From: Klebsormidium nitens
Lineage: Eukaryota > Plantae > Klebsormidiophyceae
Direction: 5' to 3'
Length of the DNA stretch: 57,358 nt
Assembly (NCBI GenBank): GCA_000708835.1
Contig: DF237516.1
Coordinates: 1-57,358 of the forward strand
The translations under genes and the position numbers were made by a program. Shown in pieces: positions 46,518 to 57,358 of this stretch (positions within the stretch are counted from its first letter, which is position 1; each line of letters starts with the position of its first letter). Below the pieces are notes generated by a model. The model did not search any database. It was not told the origin of the DNA and saw only the letters and a list, made by a program, of their open reading frames with translations.

Positions 46518-49500
46518 ATGGCGTCTGAGCGGCCGCGGCCAAACCGGATCATGGCGCCTCTCTGCCGGAACCACATGCGGGGCCGGTGCATCATCAAGCC
46601 GTGCAAATATGCGCATGTGCCCAAGGACTTGGTGCCTCCCGACCAGTGAGTCGTCTGGGGTTTTGTTCTTCTTCTTCTTTTGTTTATAGGCAATCTGGCC
46701 ATGCAGCTCATTAGATGGAGATTGCGGACTGGCGTACTGCGTTGAAGCCAAGTGAATGACGGTGGCTATCTAGGCGGCGGGTGCAAAACTCCACAATTTC
46801 GGGCATGCCAATCCGTCTACGATGGTGGTGCAGTGAGTAGTCTAGGTGGTCGGTTTTGCCGGGAGAGAGGGAGAGGAGAAGACATACAAAAGGTTTTTTC
46901 TTCTTTTAGTGAACAACTCATGCTCATAAATGTAGATTGAGCGGCAATAAGAAAAGTTCCAGCAAGCGCAAGAGGTAGCTTGAAAGGTTTGCAGTCTAGG
47001 ATGATGCCTTCATTACATGCCGTACAATCATCAATTGCTTTCCATATGCCTCTCTATCCTTGTTGGTAAACCCTTGGGAAACCCTTGGTAAACCCTTGGA
47101 AACAAGTGAAATTGAGCAACCATTACCCACTCTGACCCACCTTTAGAGGTTCTTGAACAAACTTTTCAGCATTGCCTCTAGATGCACATGCAAGCATCAC
47201 ATGGGCAATCAGGTTTCGACCAAAAAACCAAAGTAAAGTGACTAGAATGAGGAAAGTGAGAGTGAACTTCGTATGATCTTCTACTTGTAACTGAACAATA
47301 GGGGAAGACACTGGGAATGAATACAACTAATCAACTAGAATCATCGGCGTACATTTGCTGCTTGTAGGATGGAGGTTGAGGTCTGCGTTGACTCGCTCCG
47401 AAACCGCTGCCCGCGGGGCCCGTTCGATTGCCGATGGTATCATCCAGAACAACCGCTGCGCACGTAAGTCCGAGGGGGGGGGAGAAGAGGTGGGGAGGGG
47501 GATAGACTTGCACAGCTCTGCTAACAGCAGCTTTCGTCTGGACAAAAGCTCAGAAGCGGAAGTGATTTTTGATTGCCCGAGGAAGGCAAGCGCCGCTTGT
47601 GCATGGGCAACTTTATCCACTCAGACTTTCAGCTCCTGTGCTTCGAGGGGTAAAGATGTAGTTCCGAAGCAATCGCACTTCGACTCAGTGCACACTTGAG
47701 CTTTCAGAGCCAGCATGCATTAGCGCTCCTTTGGAGAAGTTCACTACGAAACAATCGTCACTTTCTGCTGCTGGGTGCATGCTGCATAGATCAGGGCTAT
47801 GAGAGCGTTTGCAAGTTGATTACGCCTTTCTCAGAGCTGAAAAGTTGTGGGGGGCTGCATTTTCTCAATAGCGCGTTCAAGGCTTACCATCTGCAATGAT
47901 GTTTAAGCAACCAGAGCAGCGACCTCTGGAGCGCATTGAAAAAGCCTGTCAGTCTGTAGTTTCAGCAGCTCGGATGAGATCGGAAGAAACTGTCTCGTGT
48001 CCATGTCTCGCTGTCTTTACCCCCCGCTTCAGCTTGTTAGCAGCAATCAAGTTGCAGTTTGAGACTGGGCTAAGTGAAAAGCTTAGCACAAAAGCGCTCA
48101 CCAACCTGGAGGGATTCCGCTCAGAGTAGATTATCGCATCTGAAGCAAAGGCAATTGATGCCATCTCTGAAACGCAAGCAGTCCGCAGCATTGGCCACCA
48201 AGCAATTCTTCGGGCCTCCTTCAATAAGCTGTTACAAAGAGCTATCGAGCAAAGCTAGCAGTTAAAACAGCAGCGATACCTATGGGCGCTTTGTGCGGTG
48301 CAGGCGCTTGCAAACGGAGGCTGGCTTCCCTGTTGTAAGTACTCCAAGTCATTTTCCCCCTAGGAAAGAGCTTGTCTTGAAGAGTGCGCTCTGATTATTC
48401 CTGATCCAGATGGCATAGAACATGGTCGAGGTGCACTGAAACGGATGGAATGCTGTGCCGACGCCACTGCAAAGCCAGCTGATTAGAGATGCCCTGTTTT
48501 TTTAGTCCATCGCTGTCAATACTTCAAGAGTCCATCCGTTTAGGACGCATATGTTGGAGGAATAAAAACTGTGTCTTCTTGTCTAGCTGCAAAGCTGAGA
48601 CTTTTGGTATAGTTTCAAAGCCGAGAGAGGTTGTGTTCCTCAGGAGCGTGCAGAGAGCTGGTTCGCTAGGGGCCAGGTTTTTAAAGACCGTACTTTGCTC
48701 TGCAGTTGGATGAGATCCCCCCGCCGGGACCCGTGTTCGTTCCCCCGGGTCCGCTTGGGCTGCCACCTCCCATCCTGCCCGCCAAAGTGCGGCCAATGCT
48801 GGAGGTACGTAAGAAGACCTTTCTCGATCTGTTTGCTTCGAGCCATCGCTTGATCAAAGAAACCTGGAGACCCGAACCCCCCGAATGTCAACACGCCTAG
48901 GTTCCTGCAGTAAATAAGTAATTTTCTCACGTCATCTACGTCCAAGTACAGATAGAAGTGTGACGCTTTTCCCGCTTTATTTCACCTTGTATCCATTTTT
49001 CAGTTGCAGCGAGTAGAGACTAATGGCAACTGGACAGGACGATGACCATTATGCTTTGCACGGCCTAATCATATAAGCCAGCTGGAAACACCCAAGTTTC
49101 CATTCGCATAGCTACCTTCTTCTCGTATGGCCGCACTTCTGGTGCAGCTTCAGTTCCATGTCGTGGCTTCTGTCGAGTAAGCCTCTATCTGTTATGATTG
49201 GGTGACGCAAGTTGTTCGTGTCTGCCGTACATTGACACCTGGAGGTTGATTTAAATTGGCCCTCAGTAAATGAGCCTCGGTTTGGGAACTTTCCAGCAAT
49301 ACAGCCGGAAGACTCTGGAACGTATTCCCACAGGTATGCCACAACTGGCAAAAGGGCCGCTGCTCCTTCTCGGACAGGGAGTGTAAACGGGCCCACGCAG
49401 AGCCCACCAGCCCAGACGGCAACTTCGTGATGGTGAGAAAGCATTGACGTTTTGGCAGCGTTTCTGTCTGCTTGTGCATCGATGTTGTGGCAGTGTCTTG

Positions 49501-52458
49501 GGAATGCTCGGGGATGATGTTGTGATGGCCTCGCTGTGTCCAAGAACCTTTTTGTAGTAATGATGATGATTGTCAGTGTCGAATTTGACATCAGGCAGGG
49601 CTAGAGGACAGCACTTGGCCCAGTTGTTGTTTGACCAAGGGTGATATTGAACGTGCTCAGCACAACGTTCAAACGCAGTTGTACCCGACATTAGTCGAAT
49701 CAGCTCGCTCGAAACACCATGCGCCCCTCGGGATCAATCTTTGTATTGTCTAACCTGCTCCAAGTGTCACATGGGAAGCCCATACAAACATTTGAGAAAC
49801 ATCACTTCTTGCTCGATTGTGGCTTAGCGTATCCGACAACCGGGTTGGGGGGCCGATACGAATCCATGAGAAACACCACTTTGTGCTCAATCTTGGCTTA
49901 CCTTATCCGCCGTTCTGTGTCCTGCTTTGCAGGTGTGCGCCGACTTTCTCAAAGCTGGCTGCACTCGAGAGGCCTGCCGCTTCTTCCATCCCCTCAACCA
50001 TCGAAAGCACTTCATCCGAGAGGTGGGCTTGTGCTTCCTCTTCTTTGCTTGTGTCCTTTCAGGCCGTTCTGAAGTTCGATTGTCATTCATGGTCTTGCTG
50101 AGCCGTGAAAGCCCTGGTTTGAAACGGGCTCACGCTTCCGGTTCTTTAGCTTTTGGTCCTTTTCCCCTTTCAGTCGCTTTCAGTCGCTGCCGTGCTATGG
50201 TCATGTTCACACGCTCGGGATTGTTAGTGTTTTGATGCTTCACATCTCGCGCCATGCCGACCTTCGGATGCTGACTTTCGGGATGGTGCTCTTTTTCGAA
50301 CGTCGGATGCTGATTTTCGAGAAGGTGCTCCTTCTCAAAGCTTTGGTCCGGAAAGATGACGCACTTGGGTAACTCCCAAGCTGCGCTGCCTGGAAATTGT
50401 TGGTGGGAGATGGGAGGACAGGCTCGGTTTTGGAGTGTCGAAGATACGTGGCGGTTTCGTAGTTCTGTCGCAACACTTTTCTCACAACCAGATGCATTTA
50501 GAGCACACGCTTGACACGTGTCCTCGCACAACTGACACGTGTCGTCCCACACAGATTCCTATCCTGACCGGCCCCCCGCCTATCATGGAGCCTCTACCCC
50601 CACCGGACCCGTATGCGGCCTACGCAAAAGCTGTGGCGATGTATGGTATCTATGGGGCGCATATAGCAGACGGAGGGGTGAGCCTCGTCTACTCGCATGG
50701 TTTGCTGCTTTCCAATCTGGGAGCAGTCTGTGGTTTCCCTTGTTGTGACTGTGGTTTCCCTTGTTGTGACCGGTTCTTCCTGTCCGTTGAGGTGATGTCT
50801 CCACATGCTCTGTTATTGGCACCTTGTTCAGCCCTTGTGAGTTGACCTCCTGAAACTGCGAGGAAGCAGTTGAAAGAGGACGTTTGGCTCTGCCCTTGAC
50901 TATCCAATCGCAACCTTGATCGACACTCCGCTGATAACGCTACTGATTAACAGATAGTCAGTTTAGCACTGCAGCCTGAAAAGCCCAATGCGCTTGTACT
51001 TCTTGTGTTTCAAGACCGCTTTGAGAGGAGCCCCCCGCTTACACGAATTCTATTTCACGCGCCTCCAGAAACCCCCGCCAAGGCGAGAAGAGCCCAGCCC
51101 GTATCCTCTGGACCTATACGCTGAAAGAGAGCCGCGGAGGCGCGAACCGCCTTCAATGGTGAGTACCCTATTCCGCAGCCGGAGTCGTTTCGTTACGCTC
51201 TTGCCCGAAGGCTAGGGACACTGGAAAGATTCTGTTGAATTTGTCAAGAGTTACAGGCATGGACGGCTTTTAGTATGCTAGGAAAGGGTTTGTCCTGCGG
51301 TCGCAGATGCGGTGGGGATACCAATTGACCGAGTGATAAGTTCCAAAACCCACTTCTGTTTGTTTTGCCCTGCGTACTTGACTGTCATCAGACCGTCTAG
51401 CCCATGCCTCGCTTCTTGAACGAGCCCCGGCTCCTCTTTCCAGGGCCCCCCGAGCTACCCCCCCGCCTTCCCTGACGCCCGTCCCCGCGACCGGAGCCCC
51501 CCTGGCCCGCCACGTGGCGTCTACGACTCGTACCCCGACCGCAGCCGTGCTGGCAGCTACCCCGAACGCAGTCGGTCGGAGACTTATCCCGATCGACCCC
51601 GGGGGGGCCTCGTAGACGCGTACGCAGAACGGAGTCGCGATTCGTATTCTTCCAGGGGGGGAGAATACGCGTATCCCGGGGGGGCCGGGGAAGCTTATCG
51701 GGACGAGGGGCGGCGGGGCCGGAGTCCGGAACCAGATCGGAGGGATGAGCGGTACCGGGGCGCGGAACGAGAACGGAGCTACGAGCGACGGGACGAGCGC
51801 GGGCGGCCGGTGCGCGCGCGGCTTGCGGAGGATAAGCTTCCGGTGTGCCGCGATTTTTACCATGACAAGTGCGACCGCCGGGCGTGCCGCTTCGTGCACC
51901 CAAACAGCAGAATCCGGGTAAGACTCCGTCGAGTTTAGTTGTTACACCCTTGTCTGCCGGCTTTGTCTTCCTTGATTTGCGATGGGCGTCCCCTCGGGTG
52001 AAGGTCCTCAAGGCCGTGATCGATTGTTTGGTTACTACATTCGACGGCGAACTCTAAGTTTTTGGACAATTCATCGAGGGCACCTATATCCACATTCGAA
52101 TCTTCGGTGCGTTGCCAGTCGCATAAACGTAGCGGGGGTCGCATAGGCGGTCTTTGGCCCTTACTTATTGCTAACCAACGGCAGATTGCTACTGCTTTGT
52201 TCACCCGTATTGTGTATTCTTTGTCCGCTGGTCTTCTCTTTGGTGATCGGCGGTGTTTCTCGTGACTGCTTTCAGATCAAGTCTATGGTGATGAGCTCTT
52301 AGGCCGTGCAAAGCTGACCATCTCGAACTGACATATGTACGGTCTATTTGCAGGTAAACAGGGACGACCTGACAGTCGACATTTGCCAAGATTATAAGCA
52401 GGGCCGGTGCCGAGACCCCGACTGCCCAAACTACCACCCGGTTACCGTTATGATGTAG
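46518..52458 (+). CDS. Muscleblind-like tandem CCCH zinc-finger RNA-binding protein (six fingers, Pro-rich and Arg/Asp/Ser-rich regions)
   Basis: Exons 46518-46645, 47368-47463, ~48687/48706-48804 (acceptor unresolved), 49334-49432, 49933-50022, 50555-50677, 51069-51158, 51444-51917, 52354-52458. Fingers: CRNHMRGRCIIKPCKYAH, CVDSLRNRCPRGPFDCRWYH, CHNWQKGRCSFSDRECKRAH, CADFLKAGCTREACRFFH, CRDFYHDKCDRRACRFVH, CQDYKQGRCRDPDCPNYH. Confidence 0.82.
47063..47103. repeat. 11-bp minisatellite, ~3.5 copies
   Basis: TTGG(T/G)AAACCC units in intron 1 of the CCCH gene. Confidence 0.8.
50728..50770. repeat. Perfect 21-bp tandem duplication
   Basis: CTGTGGTTTCCCTTGTTGTGA twice, intronic. Confidence 0.85.
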
Positions 52459-55400
52459 TGAGTCTACACATGGTGTAAAAGTACCAGCGCGACAGATTAT
52501 GTTTCTAAGTTGTTGGGTGTCCAGGACACGGCAACACGTTATCATAACAAATCTGCCGAGTCGCCGGGAAGATCTTCAAAAAGTCATAGCATATCTTAGC
52601 GTTCCCGGGTGGCAACTTACACGGAGGCAAGCCTGCGCCGCGTCTCAGATGATGACATTCATGTGAAGGCGGCACGGTTTCCATGCATGTAGAATCGGTG
52701 CCGCAATCGTGCGGTTTCCAAGCTCTGGAGGTCGAGCGGAAATCATGATGAGGCCGTACTAAAACCAAACGGAAACCATGCTGTGCATATATATTGGAAA
52801 TACTGGCATGGGGTGCCAGGCGGCTGTGGGTTTGAGTCGGTTCTTATGCATAATACATGAATAGAAGACACCATCATTTATCCTGTCACACTACGGCCTT
52901 GCGGCAACCACCTGCGTGCAATATTCAACCGTATCCTCGACAACTATCCAGTGTTAAACAACAACTCCGACCAGCTAGTATTACTCAATTGTCTATCCTC
53001 ACCTTCGAGTCCTTCTAGAGTCAGTGGGTCTTCATCCTGGCTCGCACGTACTATGAATTGCCATGTCCTGTAAAGACGCGGTCCTCCTGGCAATAGAACC
53101 TGGTCGACCCCGCCAAAGATCTAGAATCTACGGTATCCAGTACCTGCTGTCATGCTAGAGTTCTGCGCCGTACGTAAGCAGGTAGACTGTAAATCGAAGC
53201 CGTCAAAACTAAACACGCTATAGATTTTCTCCTCAGAGTAACTCAGTTTGCGCTCACCAATCTCAGCTTGAACCCCTAACTCTCACACTTTGTCGCCTCT
53301 CTGATCTCCTCCACAGTGACGAACTGATACACGATGCTGTCGGTTCAGAACCGCCTCCAGTATTGACCTGCAAGGGCGAGCATAGTGTTTCTTACTATAG
53401 TTCAGGGGCGATAACGGACCTCGACAAGCCAGACATACCCTGTGACAAGCCGACTTCCTAGACCTTACATGCTGGGGACTAAGCTTTGGAAGAAGTCAAA
53501 GCGAAGCGAGATTCAGGAGGAACTTTTGTTGAAAAGCAACGGCTGCTCTCCTTGTCCGGAAGCAACGGCTGCTCTTAAGTCTGGATAGTTAAAGGCAGTA
53601 CGAATGGAAGGAATAAGCAGTAATCCCTCGGCGGGAAACGCAGTGATTTCTCACCTTTTTCTTCAATATACACCTTGATTGCACAAGAATAGCCTGCAGT
53701 AACGAAGGAGCGTTCAAAATCAAAGGAAGCGCTCCTTCTAAGATTGACACTGGATCAGCCAGCTTTGGACACCTGGTCAAGTTGTTAACGACAGGCGGGC
53801 TGATGACATCGTGCAATGCCCAACCCTGAGCACCTTTACACTTGGCAATACAGATGGTTCTTTAGACGTTCGATTGTGTCTCAGAGATTCCCAGCCGCAT
53901 ATCCGCAAGGCACTCGTGCGAAAAATGAACACTACAAACCACCTAGGCTGGAAAGCTCTCGAAGAAACGCAAGCGGCTTACCTTCGCGCTCAAACACAAC
54001 TCCATCAGCCTCACGATCTGCTGCAAAAGAGTCAAGACAAGTCTTTGGATGACAAACTAGTCTGAACAGCAAGGCAACATAAGTTATTTACGGTGCACAT
54101 GAAACACTAATCGAGCAGGCAATCGGTTCTTCCGTGTCCAAGCACGAAATCCACAAGAGTCGAAGCGAAAATCATCAGTGGTACGCCCGTTTCCACCAGC
54201 ACGCTAACCCTTGACAAGACACATGCTGATCAAGCTTGACGAGAGGATGGCTCGAGGGCTCACCTTTGAAAACGAACTAAACTATCCTCAGCTGAACTCA
54301 CAACCTGCAAACCAAAGTGCGAAATCAGTCCTCTAGCTCACGCTGTTGTCTGCTTTACTCACATCAATCTTCCAGAAATGGCAACACCCGTCAGTCTGCA
54401 ATGACGTCGCAGACTTGAGGGACTGACTGTGCATTGTGAGATCTTACCTTCAACTGTAGCCCGTAACTGTACGAATCGAGCCGCAATCTGCAGACAAAAG
54501 CACGGCGTCAGGTTACATCCGATCGAGACTGATCGAGGCAAAGAGTCCCTGCAAGAACACACTGTACCACAGTGCCGATCAATGATGCAAGCGGGCTAAC
54601 AACATCCTGAGAGCGGACAAACAGGTCGCTTCGGCCGCTAAGTCGATGCGAATCGTTCTGACAAAAGGCAAACGCGGAGATAGATCTGTGACTAAGCATT
54701 TTGGCAGAAGCGAGGGCCCGCCATGAAACGAGAAGCCCACCAAGAACGGGAAGGCGGAGTCCAACCAGGAAATGTGGCTCGTCTAAAACGACCATAATCG
54801 GCAAATCGGACTTGAAGTCATAGTTACGAGAGCCGCCCACAGTACGCTACATGGACGTCGGTCCTGCCCGGTTGTCCACAAAAGATTCATAAGGCCGCCA
54901 TTCGCTTGCCTTACGAGCGAACGTGGAGCGAAGCCCTCGAAAGTAAGTTTTGATTACCGACGGGACTTTATGCCGTCCAAGCGACACAAAGCGTCCCTTC
55001 TTGCACGATGAGTGATATGCGGACACACGCTATGGCATCAGTGCTGGAACGTAAACAGTGAGAGGTACTTGCGGTCTCAAATTCGATCCCCATCCTGGCC
55101 TCTATGAGAAAGAAGAATTACGAAGACACAAGTAACTGGAACAAGAACCCTGCCCACATTACCGTGCAGCCAGCAAGCATACCAAAAGAAGGGGGCGTAG
55201 AACGGCCGCAACGTTCGTCTACAAGGGTGCCCTTTTGGCGGCGCGTTGCAGCATGCTTTCAACCCCACAAAAGTTGCCTAGGTTCGCAAGCACCACACAG
55301 GGTAACTTATTTAGTGGCGCTTTGCAGGAGGCTTTGAGTCCCGGGTATGTCCTCTCCTGGTCTCTTTACTGCCGCATAACGTATCGGCACACTTCGACAG

Positions 55401-55644
55401 AGTCCAAGAACAGCCAGAATGACAGGCCTTCGTAGACTGATTGCCCAGCATCGTTTCAAGAGTGAGCACAGCAAAGAGAAGCCAGCCAACCGGACCGTTG
55501 TTGGCAACCGGAAGAAAGGTAGGTGAGAACCAAAGAACGGTCGTTGGCGTAATCCTTCACCCCAGGACACCTGACATCGCACCGATAAGGTCAGCATCCT
55601 TGGACTACGCGTATTTAGAAACTTCTCTCGGTCCAATTGTCCAT

Positions 55645-55688
55645 CATAGCCGATTCTCTCCGGGAACATAGCCGATTCTGCCCGGGAA
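55645..55688. repeat. 22-bp tandem duplication
   Basis: CATAGCCGATTCTCTCCGGGAA / CATAGCCGATTCTGCCCGGGAA. Confidence 0.8.
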
Positions 55689-56441
55689 CAGTCAAAAACT
55701 TGGACAGCACAAAGCAGACGGCAGAATCAAGTCTTGAGTTGAGCGGACGGCAAGATTCAAAGTAGCTCCCAAGAAAGATGCGGCTAGGAGGAAGCGGAAC
55801 AGCCGACCAAACTTCGTGACGTGCTAGCTGGTGTGCAAGTGCAGAAAGCTCCCAGTCCCAAGATTGTTTTGAGTCTGCAAGAATTCTACCCGAAGCTAAA
55901 GCAACCACGCAAGCGCACCGCTTTGCGATGCCCCGAAGAAATTACCAGCCGCCTCAAGTTACCCGGCCATATTGAAACAAGTCGGGGCGATTTAATGACG
56001 GCGCTTTGCAGCTCCGGGGAATGATCCCAGCCAATTTTACATAAAGGTTTTGGGGCGGCACTGTTGCCCAACCATACAATCGAGGAATTGGGCCCTCGTT
56101 AACAAATATTGGCGTCATTGTAGACACATTCTGCAATTCTTGAGGAGCTAGCGAGCTCTCATTCCAACGTGCATCACTGCCAAATCTCCCCTACTGGTTA
56201 TCTTATCGGATTACTTTCAAGCTGACACAGTCGAACTCTTCTGACAGGCCGCAAGAAGGTCCGCAACGTGCGGATCGGTTTCTCAACGCCTTTGACCGAG
56301 AAGGTTGTGATAACGACACTTTTGAAACCACAGCCCGGAAGAGCACTTGCAGACGGAAATCAGACATCGACAATAGTGGCGAAAAGACTGTGAAGAGACA
56401 TTAGGGAAAAGGGACTTTGATGTACCGATCTCCCAGCTTCC

Positions 56442-57358
56442 TCACCAGAAATCGTCGTCCGAGCTCTTGTCCCTAGACGCGTCTCCACGATCAGCGCTGC
56501 CGGCCTCCCCGTCCTCAGCGGCCGCCTCCCCGGCCTTCCGGATCCGCCACGTGGACCAGTGGCACCGGTCGAGGTCCTCCGGCGGGTCCCGCTCCTTGAC
56601 CAGGCGTGCATACTTGAGGCCCCCCGGAGTGTCCGCGTCCCACTTCACCAGCTCTTCCGCCAGACTGCGCACCGCCTCCCGGTCCTTCTCCACATTGGTA
56701 CTACTCATCGTCCTGCCCTCGAAGAAGTACTGTCCCTGCAGGAAAGGCGTGCACGTTGGGATTAATCTTGCGCTACGCGCTTGGTGAAGTTGCACTTCGT
56801 AAATCGCTTGTGGCCTCGCGGGCAAAAAGCCTTTTTGATTTGCACGAGTCACCTGCGGAGCTCTGGAAGAGCCTGCCTGCCCAGAAACATGATTCGACCA
56901 CCCTTTTCTGAGCACGGTCCTTTCAATTATAAGTTGGAAACCGTAGGATGAATGCTTCGGACCCATTTGTTCGTAATGAACCAAACGCAATGAAGCACAT
57001 GCTATTGGCCAACCTTTCGCACCAGAATTCGTATGTGCGCATCCAATCGGTCCTTCGAGAAGGACTACATCATAAGACCAGCCATGCACAACACTGCAGG
57101 CTGAGAGCGGCACCATCTTGCGAGTTCGAATGAAATTCACTATGGCAGTGATGTGGTTCTGAACTGATTTCTGGAAAGGATGAAAACGGTTGGACAGGAT
57201 GAAGTCCAATCGGAACACACCTCCACCCGATCCAGGTAAGAGTGCGATGGGACATAAGTAAGAGTTCTTTTGCGTTCGAAAGGGTGAGCCGCTTACCACG
57301 CAGGTGAAGTATCCAAACAATTCGGGGCGTCCAACCATCGGATCCTTGAACAGCCCGC
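56442..57358 (-). CDS. 3' part of an unidentified gene running off the window edge
   Basis: GC-rich exon ending 57297 (..FGYFTCV|GTAAG) joins exon 56442-56735 (CAG|GGA, GQYFFEGRTMSSTNVEKDREAVRSL..DDDFW*) in phase 0. A possible donor TG|GTGAGG at the end means the gene may extend further. No recognisable domain. Confidence 0.55.
   Translation of the reverse strand, partial: GLFKDPMVGRPELFGYFTCVVSGSPFRTQKNSYLCPIALLPGSGGGVFRLDFILSNRFHPFQKSVQNHITAIVNFIRTRKMVPLSACSVVHGWSYDVVLLEGPIGCAHTNSGAKGWPIACASLRLVHYEQMGPKHSSYGFQLIIERTVLRKGWSNHVSGQAGSSRAPQVTRANQKGFLPARPQAIYEVQLHQARSARLIPTCTPFLQGQYFFEGRTMSSTNVEKDREAVRSLAEELVKWDADTPGGLKYARLVKERDPPEDLDRCHWSTWRIRKAGEAAAEDGEAGSADRGDASRDKSSDDDFW

Noticed and set aside
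51270-52011. Minus-strand ORFs of 204-209 aa
   Set aside because: Antisense to the CCCH gene exon 51444-51917, which has proper splice sites and a zinc finger.
52900-56140. ORF fragments downstream of the CCCH gene
   Set aside because: Short, no motifs, and no phase-consistent exon chain found.

Overview
Eukaryotic nuclear DNA, intron-rich, with GC-rich exons and GT-AG introns. Gene content and style suggest a green/streptophyte alga, Klebsormidium-like (inference, not verified). Manual splicing gives five near-complete gene models: an FAD-dependent monooxygenase (-), a GH13 glucan-active enzyme with a transit-peptide-like N-terminus (-), MCM9 (+), a TspO/MBR protein (-) and a six-finger muscleblind-like CCCH protein (+). 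There is also a plastid-type membrane protein with an unresolved start (+) and the 3' part of an unknown gene at the right edge (-). Three non-autonomous DNA transposons have verified TIRs and TSDs, and there is one degenerate tRNA-like gene. The most striking unexplained structure is that many long introns are built from decayed tandem copies of the neighbouring exon/intron junction, often keeping an intact GT or AG. This is clear in three unrelated genes and weaker in a fourth. MCM9 also has a single in-frame TAG interrupting an otherwise continuous ~2 kb final reading frame. Exon coordinates were derived by eye and checked for phase; no database searches were run.
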